This document shows, in pieces, positions 1-8,384 of a stretch of 24,497 bases of DNA. Made by a program: the position numbers and the translations under genes. Below the pieces are notes generated by a model. That model searched no databases, was not told where the DNA came from, and worked only from the letters and a program-made list of their open reading frames with translations. Position 1 is the first letter of the stretch, and every line of letters begins with the position of its first letter. The stretch comes from Abditibacteriaceae bacterium (GTDB taxonomy: Bacteria; Armatimonadota; Abditibacteriia; Abditibacteriales; Abditibacteriaceae), in assembly GCA_031372065.1 (NCBI GenBank), contig JANMKN010000173.1, positions 1 to 24,497 on the forward strand, given 5' to 3'.

Positions 1-141
1 ACGGGGTATTTGAATGAGGAGTCTAACTTTTTTGTCAAGTCCTACGAGTTCTTTCTCAAGAGCGCTCCGCGCTCCAAGGGAAGAGTGCTTCGCACTCATG
101 GTCGCAGCAAGCTGCGGGGAATTGAACCCGAAGAGATTAAA
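1..141. mobile_element. Short non-autonomous palindromic element (MITE/PATE-like, possibly IS200/IS605-derived), truncated by the window edge
   Basis: Three small hairpins: GAGCGC-TCC-GCGCTC (60-74), GAGTGC-TTC-GCACTC (83-97) and CGCAGC-AA-GCTGCG (103-116), ending in GGGGAATTGAACCCGAAGAGATTAAA. The first bases, ACGGGGTATT, echo GCGGGGAATT at 114-123. The family link is from recall of similar element ends and is not verified. Confidence 0.55.
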
Positions 142-1905
142 CCGCGCTCAGTTAAAAATGGGCAACCACTGAATTTCGGCACGATCATTTTGCAGTCCGA
201 CCACCTCATCGCCAGTGGCGTTGTATTGGATGCCGTAGGACGACCAATTCCCAATGCGCGCGTTTGGGCGCGGCAACTTCAAAAAGATTTCAACGTAATA
301 TGGCCGCAAACCTTCAGTGATGCGCAGGGGCGTTTTCAACTCAAAGGCTCAAAAGCCGACGGCGCAAGCGGCGCGTGGTTTTGTTTTGCGCAAAGCGATA
401 AGGCAAGCGTCAGCGAAATTGGCGGTGCGTTTTTGCCGCAAGTCAGAACCGATTTAAAATTGGTGATGGGACGCTATCAAAGCGCCACGCTTGTGCCGGG
501 TGAAAAGCAGATTTTTCTCGCGCGGCGCGCGCTTTTGCTGCGCTGGATTGACAAAGCATTGAAAGCACAAGACACGCCGCATTTGCGTCAGAAGCGCGCC
601 CAACTCGACCCGTCGCAGCCCTTTTCGCCGAACACTTTGCAAGGCGAAGCCAAAGACCGCTATGCTATGCGGCACGGCGAAGAAATTTTGCGCGCCGACC
701 CGAAAAACATCGGGCCGGCTTTAGCGGCGTGGAATGAGATTAAAGAGCCGTATTTCAGAGCCTACAGCATAGCCGAATCTGCCGATGAATTCGCAGCGGC
801 GCATCCCGATTTAGCGCGCGCTTTATTGGCGCCGCTTTTAGCCGAAGCGCGTCGCCAAAAAGAGCCGCCAATGCGGGCGATTTTGCTGGTTCGCGCCGCC
901 GATATTGCCGCACGGCTCCAAGAAAACAGCGCCGCGACTTTGCGCGAAGAAGCGATAAAAATTGCGACTTCGCTTGGCCCCGACAACATGGAAGGCTTGG
1001 CGCGCGGTTATGTAGCGGCCAAAAGCGCGGAATATGATCCCGATGCGGCCTTGCCGCTTTTGGAAAAAGTTTCTGCCGATGACCGTAGCCGTTATGCCGC
1101 TAACACGGCTTATCGTTTGGCGCGCCGCGATTTGCCGCGCGCTCTGGCATTGCTCAAACAATACGGCAATTCTGAATCGCTTGAAGATAACACGGCGCGT
1201 TTGTGTCACAGCCTCGCGCCGGTAGATTTGCGCGCCGCCGAAGCGCTGGCGCAAACGCTGATAAAACCCAAAGCGCGTTTGATGGCTTTGACTTATATCA
1301 TCGAGCAAACCGCAAATGACAAAACAACCGCGCGTCGCATTTTTGAGCAGGCGCTAAAAATTGCCTTAGTGTCGCATAAACACGAAGGCAGTTGGGAAGA
1401 TTGGCAAATCACTTTTTGGCGCGCCCGTTTAGCGGTTTTGGCACGTCAACAAAATTGGCCGGAAGCGACAAATTTGGCTTTGTTAGCCGTGGCCGAAAGT
1501 TACGATTCTCCCACCAGTTTCTTGCCTTCCGAAAAACCAAATGCCAGTTCGCGCGATATGGTGCCGATTCCCGATAATGAGGCCGGTTTATTACTGGCCC
1601 TTTCGCTGTGCGAGCCGCATTTGGCTGCTGATTATTTACAATTGCTGATGCCGATGCTCAAACCAATAATGAACAAGGGTGCTTATATCGCGCAGCCTGC
1701 GCTCATCGCAGCATTGCACAGCGATTTGGCACAAGCCGAAATACTTTTAGCCGCTGCACCTTTAAAGGATTTCACCAGCCCACGCATAGAAGGCGTATCC
1801 TATTTGTTGTCCGGCGCTGCGTCATGGGAGTTTGGCAGTGAGAAGCAGCGTCAGGAAACTTTGCAGCGCGCCTTGCATCAGGAATCGCCGGACGAGAACG
1901 ATTAA
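10..1905 (+). CDS. Hypothetical protein: carboxypeptidase-regulatory-like beta-sandwich domain followed by an Ala/Leu-rich alpha-helical solenoid; true N-terminus probably missing
   Basis: 631-codon ORF. GVVLDAVGRPIPNARV...TFSDAQGRFQL is typical of carboxypeptidase-regulatory-like domains. The first ~44 codons overlap the palindromic element and are probably not genuine coding sequence. Confidence 0.65.
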   Translation: MNEESNFFVKSYEFFLKSAPRSKGRVLRTHGRSKLRGIEPEEIKPRSVKNGQPLNFGTIILQSDHLIASGVVLDAVGRPIPNARVWARQLQKDFNVIWPQTFSDAQGRFQLKGSKADGASGAWFCFAQSDKASVSEIGGAFLPQVRTDLKLVMGRYQSATLVPGEKQIFLARRALLLRWIDKALKAQDTPHLRQKRAQLDPSQPFSPNTLQGEAKDRYAMRHGEEILRADPKNIGPALAAWNEIKEPYFRAYSIAESADEFAAAHPDLARALLAPLLAEARRQKEPPMRAILLVRAADIAARLQENSAATLREEAIKIATSLGPDNMEGLARGYVAAKSAEYDPDAALPLLEKVSADDRSRYAANTAYRLARRDLPRALALLKQYGNSESLEDNTARLCHSLAPVDLRAAEALAQTLIKPKARLMALTYIIEQTANDKTTARRIFEQALKIALVSHKHEGSWEDWQITFWRARLAVLARQQNWPEATNLALLAVAESYDSPTSFLPSEKPNASSRDMVPIPDNEAGLLLALSLCEPHLAADYLQLLMPMLKPIMNKGAYIAQPALIAALHSDLAQAEILLAAAPLKDFTSPRIEGVSYLLSGAASWEFGSEKQRQETLQRALHQESPDEND

Positions 1906-1924
1906 ACCTCTTTTGAACATCCGG

Positions 1925-1952
1925 AAAACGGCCCTGTCAAGGGCCGTTTTTT
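1925..1952 (+). terminator. Rho-independent terminator (possibly bidirectional)
   Basis: AAAACGGCCCT-GTCA-AGGGCCGTTTT perfect 11-bp stem followed by further Ts, about 20 nt after the stop at 1905. Confidence 0.85.
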
Positions 1953-2052
1953 GCTGTTTGCGGGTAAACTGCGCTTTACGTTTCTTTAGGCCAAGCGGGG
2001 AACAGAAGTTCTGCTGTTGCGGTCACAAAACGCGTCTGAGAAAGGATTTATT

Positions 2053-5000
2053 ATGAAACGCTGGACAATTGTCGTCCTATTTTTGGTGGCGCTGGGCGCG
2101 CTGTTTTGCGCTGTTCCGGCGCGCGCGCAAAATGAAATTTTAAAAGAAGCCGACGCGGCGTGGAATGAAAAAAGTTACGCCCGCGCCTTGGAACTTTATC
2201 GCAAGGCCATCGTGCAAAACCAGATTCGTGACCGTGACGAAATGGATTATCGCATCGCGGTGGCGCTGGGCAAAACACAAAAGTGGGACGAAGCTATCGC
2301 CGCCGCCAATGCCTTGCTGGGCAAGACCGAATGGAAAGCGCGCATCTATTATTGGCTGGGCCGCCTTTATACCGTTGTGCCGCATCAGGGCTACAAAGTG
2401 GCGGGCAAAATTTATCGCGGCGAGGATTATCCGAAAATCGAAGGCGCGGAAAAACCGCAGCCGACTTATTTGGGCGAAGAAGACGCCAAAGCCACGCTGG
2501 ACTTTTTTGAACGGGCCAAAGTGCAGGCCGAAATCGAACGCAAAAAAGTGATGATTAGCCGCTTTGCCGGGCCGATTCATCCCCTCGCATCGGATGAAGA
2601 AATTGATCTCAATTTCGATTTGGCCGCTTATATTCCTCAACGCGAACAAGCCAAATTTTTGGAGTCCTTAGACAAAGCGTGGAAAGACAATCGCAAAACC
2701 GTCGCGGGCAATGTTGACATCAAACAGCCTTATAACCCGCAGTGGAATTTGCCGACCAAAGTTCTTTATCTTTATAACGAGATCAAAACGCTCGACCAAA
2801 GCGACGACAAGCACGATACAGTTTTGTCACTGATGTCCAAAGGCTTGTTTTTGCGCGCTTACCGTCAGCAAATGGATGGTTGGGCGCAGTGGTATGACGA
2901 CGCAAAAAAAACCAATATCACGCGCGCTTATCCGTTCGATAATTTGGAAGCGATTCCCAACTGGCGCGAGGCGGTAGAGAATTATCCGCGCGACCCGATT
3001 GCCGACCGCTTGCTGATTCTCATCGCGCAAACGCACGATATGAAAGGCGATTCCGTCAAGGCACTGGCGATTTATCAGGAACTGATTCGCAAATATCCCA
3101 AATCGAAATGGGTTTCGGATGCGCGAGCGCAAATTCAGCAGATTACCAAACGCGAAATTTCGCTTGATACAATGGGCCAGCAAAAGCCCGGTGAAGCCGC
3201 GAAAATTACGGTCAATACGCGCAATTTGAAAAGCGTGAAGTTCAGCGCGTATCGCGTGCAACTCGAAAAAGTTTTGACGCAAGATGCCAAGTTGAACGAC
3301 CCCGCAATTCAATTCAACGAATGGGAGCGCAACTTTGGCAGCATCGCCAGTGCCCGTCAGTATTTCGGTGAAAAAGTGGCCGAATGGAATTTTAAAATCA
3401 AAGACAAAGGCGATTATCAAGGCACTTACGAAACGATTGACACTCCGCTCAAAGAATTGGGCGCTTATGCGATTGTGGCCGAAGGTGACGACATTCGCAG
3501 TGCGCGCGTTTTGCTAATTAGCGACCTTGCCATTTTGAAAAAAACTGACCGCGACGAAGCCTTAGCTTTTATCGCCGACGCCAAAACCGGCGCGCCTGTT
3601 AACGGTGCTTTTGTCATTCTCAAAGAAACGTATTACGACGGCAACCAGAATAATGACCGCCAAAAAGTGAGCCTTGGGCGTGGTCAATCGGGCGAAGTTG
3701 GTTTCTTTGAAAAGAAATTAGTTAGAGGCGCCGGAATCCAATCGCAAAATGTGCAAGCCTTCGCGTGGATTGGCAATCGATACGCTATGACCGGCAGCCA
3801 GTATTACGGCTATTACGGAGGCTACGGCGACAATCCAGACGAAGCCAAAGTCTATTCCTACACAGATCGTCCGGTTTATCGCCCCAGCCAGAAAGTGTAT
3901 TTTCGCCAGATGCTGACGCGCCGCGTGAAAGGCGGCGATCAGGCGCCAATGAAGGGCGTGGAAGTGACTGTAACAGTCACCAACCCCAAGGGCGAAAACA
4001 TCTACCAGAAAAAGCTGACCAGTTCGGAATTCGGCACCATCAACGGCGAATTTACCTTGCCTGCGGAAACGCCGCTCGGTGAATACAATGTGCAGGCCGA
4101 AGTGCCGCAAACTAACCGGCAAATCGCGGCATCTGGTGGCAATCGTTTTCGCGTTGAAGAATACAAGAGGCCCGAATTTGTGGTGTCGGTTGATGCACCT
4201 GATAACGCCGTCAAACCCGGCGAAACTGTCGCAGCGAAAATTAACGCCAAATATTATTTTGGTTCGCCGGTTCCCAACGCGAGTGTGAAATATACCGTGC
4301 GTCGCAGCCGTTGGTGGGCCAGTTATCATTTCCCGCGCCCGTTTGAATGGCTTTATTCGTATTGGGGCGCGGGCGATTACGATACGGGCCGCCGAAACAT
4401 CGGCGGCGAAGGTGCGGGCGACATCGTCAAAGAAGGCACCGTTAAAACCGATGCGCAGGGCAACGCCGAAGTGAGTTTTCAAACCAAGGCCGAAGAACCT
4501 GAAACCGGCGATTGGTGGCAACGCTATTCCAACCCGCTTTACACCATCGAAGCCGAAGTGACCGACGCCAGCCGCCGCACTATCGAAGGGCAAGGCCAGG
4601 TGCGCGTGGCGAATCAGCAATACTTCGCGTTTTTGAATGCCAAGCAGGGCTATTATTTGGCCGGTGACCGCGTGCAAATCGAAGTCGTCACGCAAGACGC
4701 CAACGACAAGCCGAAAAGCGCCTCCGGCAAAATGGTGGTTTACAAACTGCTGCCCAATGACAAAGAAGAAAAGGTTTTTGAAGAAGCGATTCGCACCGAC
4801 GAGAAAGGCCGCGCCACATGGACATGGCCGACGGACAACGCCGGAGAATTTCGCATCGCGTATGAAGCCATTGACGATTGGAACAACAAAGTCGTCGGCT
4901 CAACCAATGTTTGGGTGGCCGGGCCGGGCCTCAACAACACGCAGTTTCGCTTGCAGGGCGTGACGATTGTGCTGGACAAGCAGAACTACGAAGAAGGCGA

Positions 5001-5322
5001 CACCGCCAAGGTTTTGCTGATCGCCGATTCGCCCGGCACGACAGTTCTTTTAACGCAAGAAGCGGGCGGCGATATTTTGCGGCGCGACGTGATTTACATT
5101 GAAGGCAAAAGCAAAGAAATCACGATTCCGATTCAACACCATCATGTTCCTAACTTCGCCATCGCCGCCGCTGCGGTTAAGAATTTCGAGGTTTATCAAG
5201 CGCAGCAGGAAGTTTTCGTGCCGCCGACCAAGCAGTTTCTGGATATTTCTGTCAAGGGCGACAAAAGCGAATACAAACCGGGCGAAAAAGGCACATTTAC
5301 TATTACCGCCAAAGACTGGTAA
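2053..5322 (+). CDS. Alpha-2-macroglobulin family protein, N-terminal part (signal peptide, TPR-like region, MG domains)
   Basis: Signal peptide MKRWTIVVLFLVALGALFCAVPARA|Q. Helical TPR/BamD-like segment (ALAIYQELIRKYPKSKWVSDA). A2M motifs YTDRPVYRP, SEFGTINGEFTLP, FRVEEYKRPEF and AKYYFGSPV. Confidence 0.85.
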   Translation: MKRWTIVVLFLVALGALFCAVPARAQNEILKEADAAWNEKSYARALELYRKAIVQNQIRDRDEMDYRIAVALGKTQKWDEAIAAANALLGKTEWKARIYYWLGRLYTVVPHQGYKVAGKIYRGEDYPKIEGAEKPQPTYLGEEDAKATLDFFERAKVQAEIERKKVMISRFAGPIHPLASDEEIDLNFDLAAYIPQREQAKFLESLDKAWKDNRKTVAGNVDIKQPYNPQWNLPTKVLYLYNEIKTLDQSDDKHDTVLSLMSKGLFLRAYRQQMDGWAQWYDDAKKTNITRAYPFDNLEAIPNWREAVENYPRDPIADRLLILIAQTHDMKGDSVKALAIYQELIRKYPKSKWVSDARAQIQQITKREISLDTMGQQKPGEAAKITVNTRNLKSVKFSAYRVQLEKVLTQDAKLNDPAIQFNEWERNFGSIASARQYFGEKVAEWNFKIKDKGDYQGTYETIDTPLKELGAYAIVAEGDDIRSARVLLISDLAILKKTDRDEALAFIADAKTGAPVNGAFVILKETYYDGNQNNDRQKVSLGRGQSGEVGFFEKKLVRGAGIQSQNVQAFAWIGNRYAMTGSQYYGYYGGYGDNPDEAKVYSYTDRPVYRPSQKVYFRQMLTRRVKGGDQAPMKGVEVTVTVTNPKGENIYQKKLTSSEFGTINGEFTLPAETPLGEYNVQAEVPQTNRQIAASGGNRFRVEEYKRPEFVVSVDAPDNAVKPGETVAAKINAKYYFGSPVPNASVKYTVRRSRWWASYHFPRPFEWLYSYWGAGDYDTGRRNIGGEGAGDIVKEGTVKTDAQGNAEVSFQTKAEEPETGDWWQRYSNPLYTIEAEVTDASRRTIEGQGQVRVANQQYFAFLNAKQGYYLAGDRVQIEVVTQDANDKPKSASGKMVVYKLLPNDKEEKVFEEAIRTDEKGRATWTWPTDNAGEFRIAYEAIDDWNNKVVGSTNVWVAGPGLNNTQFRLQGVTIVLDKQNYEEGDTAKVLLIADSPGTTVLLTQEAGGDILRRDVIYIEGKSKEITIPIQHHHVPNFAIAAAAVKNFEVYQAQQEVFVPPTKQFLDISVKGDKSEYKPGEKGTFTITAKDW

Positions 5323-5343
5323 GGCAATCCGGCGCGCTCGGAA

Positions 5344-8217
5344 GTGAGCGTGGCGCTGATTGATGCCAGCTTGTTTTACATTCAAAAAGACTACGCGCCC
5401 GATATTCGCTTGTTTTATTACGGTGAGCGGCGCGCCAATTCGGTCAATCTCGATTCGCATCGCAGCGGCCAACCGCAGGCGCATACCGAAGACGACCAGA
5501 AATATGTTCAATACGAAGGGCACGGCTGGGAAATGCCCGACGAACTCGGCCTGCTCAACCTGCCGCCGGGCCAGTTTGGTTATTACTACGGCTATGCGCG
5601 TAGAGGTCGTGGCGGCATGATGATGGAGAACGAGATGGCAATGGATTCTGTTAGCTCGACATTTGCGATGAATGGGGTAAAGCCCGCCTCGGCACCGATG
5701 CAAACTTTGTCAATGGCAGTTGCAGAAGGGCCGTCGGGGGCAATGGCGAAAACGGCGGCTAAGGCTCCAAGCGACACAGCCGAGGCGCAACTCGCCACCG
5801 CGCAAGTGCGCTCGAACTTTGCTGAAACGGCGTTTTGGTCGCCGGCAGTTGTCACCAATGGCGGCACCGCCAAAGTGGAAGTGACGTTTCCCGATTCGCT
5901 GACGCAATGGCACGCCACGGCGCGCGGTTTATCGCCCGATGTGCAAGTCGGCAGCGGCGAGGCCGATGTGGAAACCAAAAAGAACCTATTGGTGCGCTTG
6001 CAATCGCCGCGCTTTTTCACCGAACGCGATCAAGTGGTGCTGACGGCCAACGTTCACAACTACCTCAAAGAAACCAAGCGGGTCAAAGTGTCGCTCGATT
6101 TAGGCAGCGATTTGGAATTGACGGCTTATCCGGCGGATGGCGCGAAACTCAATGGCGTTTTCATGCCGCAGGCTTCTGGTTTCCTCGAAGTCAAAGCGGG
6201 CCAAGAAGTGCAAGTCAACTGGTATGCCACAGCAAAATCTGATGGCAACGCCGACATAAAAATGACAGCGCAAACCGACAGCGATGCCGACGCGGTGAAG
6301 ATGAATTTCCCGATTTTGGTGCATGGCGTGCAGCGTTTCGCCAGTCAAAGCGGCGTCTTGAAAGACGGCCAAAATCAAGCTGTTGCCACCATCAATCTGC
6401 CCAAAGAACGGCGCTTCGGCCAAAGCGATTTGAATGTGCAGCTCAATCCGAGCCTCGCCGCGACGATGATGGATGCCCTGCCTTATTTGGCCGATTACCC
6501 CTACGGCTGCGTCGAGCAAACCATGTCGCGCTTTTTGCCCACCGTCTTGGTGCAAAAAACGCTTTCCGATAGCGGCGTCAACTTGGCGACGCTCAAAGCG
6601 CGCGCCCAAGCCTACGAAAAAGAAGCGCAAGCCGCGCCGATTGGTGAGCGCGTGAAAAACAGTGGCTATACCTATCCCAAAGGCCAACCCAACTCGCGCG
6701 ATTTGGAACAAATGGCTTCGCGGATGTGGTGGACAAAACATCGCGGCAGCAATCCGGTTTACGACCAAGCGGTTGTGGATCAGATGACCAAAGAAGGCTT
6801 AGATCGCCTTTATAATATGCAGCGTGGCGATGGCGGCTGGGGCTGGTGGCCCGGTTCGTCTGGAAGCGACGAATATATGTCGGCTTATGTGATGTGGGGC
6901 CTTGCAACGGCCAAAGCCGCCGAAGTGCCGGTGCGCGATGATGTTTTGCAACGCGGCTTTGCCTACTTGGAAAAGCAAATGACCGATGAAGATAATCTGC
7001 AACTGCTCACATGGATGGCACACGCGCTTTCGATGCGCGGCAAAATGAATGCGGCGGGGCAAAACGTGGTGAGCGGACGCTTGTTCACGCAGCGCGAACG
7101 CCTGACGCCGTATTCGCAAGCGCTCCTCGCCATTGCACTTTACAACATAGGCAAACGCGACAAAGCGGGCGTCATGGTGCGCAATTTGGAAAACACCGCC
7201 ATTGTGGACGAAGCCAACGGCACAGCGCGCTGGAAAATGCAGAACCAGTGGTGGTATTGGTGGAACGACGACGTGGAAACCAACGCGTGGGCGCTCAAAG
7301 CCTTCTTGCTGGTTGACCCGAAGAACGCGATGGTTGACCGTAGCATGAAATGGCTCGTCACCAAGTCGCGCGCTAATCATTGGGACAGCACCAAAGCCAC
7401 CGCGATGGCTGTCAGCGCGCTCAACGATTATGTGCGCGTCAACAAAGAATTCGACGTGGATTACACCATCACCGTCACGCTCAACGACCGCATCAAGCGC
7501 ACATATCGTGTTAACCGCGACAATATGCTGTTCTTCGATAACCGCTTTATCACCGGCGATTTGTTCCTCGAAAACGGCACCAACAAAGTGACTATCGAAA
7601 AGCAAGGCAAAGGCAACTTGTATTGGAACGCGTCCAGCGAATATTTTTCGCTCGAAGAACCAATCAAGGCGTCGGGCAACGCCATCAAAATCAAGCGGCG
7701 CTATTTCAAATTGACGCGCAATCCCGATGTCAAAGCCGAGCAAAGCGACGTGCCTGCAACGACAACTTTGGCAGCGCCTGTCGGCAGAACCGCGAAAATC
7801 GGCATCATGCCGCCGTTTCCGGTGCCGCAGGAATCCAAGCCGGAATTTGTGCGCAGCGAAATCAAAGACAACGCGACGCTCACCAGTGGTGATTTAATCG
7901 AAGTCGAACTGACGCTTGATGCCGACAACGATTATTCATATCTCGTCTTTGAAGACATGAAAGCGGCGGGCCTTGAGCCGGTGGATTTGCGCAGCGGCGC
8001 GGCGTGGGGCGATGGCTTGTCCAGCAACGTCGAACTGCGCGACGAAAAAGTCGCCTTGTTCGTTGACCGCTTGCCACAAGGCACCCGCGTGCTGCGTTAT
8101 CGAATGCGCGCCGAAATTCCGGGCCGCTTCCACGCGCTGCCGACCAACGGCTACGCCATGTATGCCCCCGAAGTGCGCGCCATTTCGGACGAGCAGCGTA
8201 TTAACGTGAAGGACTGA
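5344..8217 (+). CDS. Alpha-2-macroglobulin family protein, C-terminal part (bait region, thioester domain, C-terminal MG domain)
   Basis: VRSNFAETAFW, FPDSLTQW, PRFFTERD, thioester motif YPYGCVEQ (CVEQ at 6508-6519), QRGDGGWGWW and AMYAPE. No signal peptide of its own. Confidence 0.85.
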   Translation: MSVALIDASLFYIQKDYAPDIRLFYYGERRANSVNLDSHRSGQPQAHTEDDQKYVQYEGHGWEMPDELGLLNLPPGQFGYYYGYARRGRGGMMMENEMAMDSVSSTFAMNGVKPASAPMQTLSMAVAEGPSGAMAKTAAKAPSDTAEAQLATAQVRSNFAETAFWSPAVVTNGGTAKVEVTFPDSLTQWHATARGLSPDVQVGSGEADVETKKNLLVRLQSPRFFTERDQVVLTANVHNYLKETKRVKVSLDLGSDLELTAYPADGAKLNGVFMPQASGFLEVKAGQEVQVNWYATAKSDGNADIKMTAQTDSDADAVKMNFPILVHGVQRFASQSGVLKDGQNQAVATINLPKERRFGQSDLNVQLNPSLAATMMDALPYLADYPYGCVEQTMSRFLPTVLVQKTLSDSGVNLATLKARAQAYEKEAQAAPIGERVKNSGYTYPKGQPNSRDLEQMASRMWWTKHRGSNPVYDQAVVDQMTKEGLDRLYNMQRGDGGWGWWPGSSGSDEYMSAYVMWGLATAKAAEVPVRDDVLQRGFAYLEKQMTDEDNLQLLTWMAHALSMRGKMNAAGQNVVSGRLFTQRERLTPYSQALLAIALYNIGKRDKAGVMVRNLENTAIVDEANGTARWKMQNQWWYWWNDDVETNAWALKAFLLVDPKNAMVDRSMKWLVTKSRANHWDSTKATAMAVSALNDYVRVNKEFDVDYTITVTLNDRIKRTYRVNRDNMLFFDNRFITGDLFLENGTNKVTIEKQGKGNLYWNASSEYFSLEEPIKASGNAIKIKRRYFKLTRNPDVKAEQSDVPATTTLAAPVGRTAKIGIMPPFPVPQESKPEFVRSEIKDNATLTSGDLIEVELTLDADNDYSYLVFEDMKAAGLEPVDLRSGAAWGDGLSSNVELRDEKVALFVDRLPQGTRVLRYRMRAEIPGRFHALPTNGYAMYAPEVRAISDEQRINVKD

Positions 8218-8219
8218 TT

Positions 8220-8371
8220 TTCACCGCAGAGACGCTGAGGAGAGATTGGGAGATTGGGAGATTGGGAGATTGGAAGATTGGGAGATTGGGCAATGCACTA
8301 TTTATTCTCCTCATCTCCCGTTTTCCCTCTCTCCCAATCTTCTCTGCGCTCTCCGCATCCCCTGCGGTGAA
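8220..8371. repeat. Long imperfect inverted-repeat (REP/MITE-like) element containing an 8-bp tandem repeat
   Basis: Perfect terminal inverted repeat TTCACCGCAG (8220-8229) / CTGCGGTGAA (8362-8371). (GAGATTGG)x6 at 8242-8289 with one AAGATTGG variant. A degenerate pyrimidine-rich complementary arm at ~8306-8345 includes TCTCCCAATCT. Confidence 0.85.
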
Positions 8372-8384
8372 TCCGCTTCTGCTC

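Larger units (their letters stand above)
2053..8217 (+). pseudogene. Bacterial alpha-2-macroglobulin family gene interrupted by a single in-frame TAA (nonsense allele or base-call error)
   Basis: ORFs 2017-5322 and 5344-8217 are in the same frame. Reading through gives FTITAKDW*GNPARSEVSVALIDASLF, a continuous macroglobulin-domain strand pattern. AAGGA Shine-Dalgarno at 2042-2046 precedes ATG 2053. Confidence 0.75.

Noticed and set aside
103..135. tRNA fragment on the minus strand (GGTTCAATTCCC resembles a T-loop)
   Set aside because: No acceptor, D or anticodon arms could be built. It fits the end of the palindromic element better.
5320..5322. Selenocysteine, pyrrolysine or genetic-code reassignment at the A2M internal stop
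   Set aside because: The codon is TAA, not TGA or TAG, and TAA terminates several intact genes in this window.
3718..7743. Long antisense ORFs (3718-4695, 6100-6768, 6799-7743 and similar ones elsewhere)
   Set aside because: Shadow frames opposite well-supported genes, expected from codon bias, with no recognisable motifs.
8262..8384. N-terminal extension MGDWKIGRLG... of the membrane protein
   Set aside because: It is a translation of the microsatellite and inverted-repeat element. ATG 8385 is the more plausible start.
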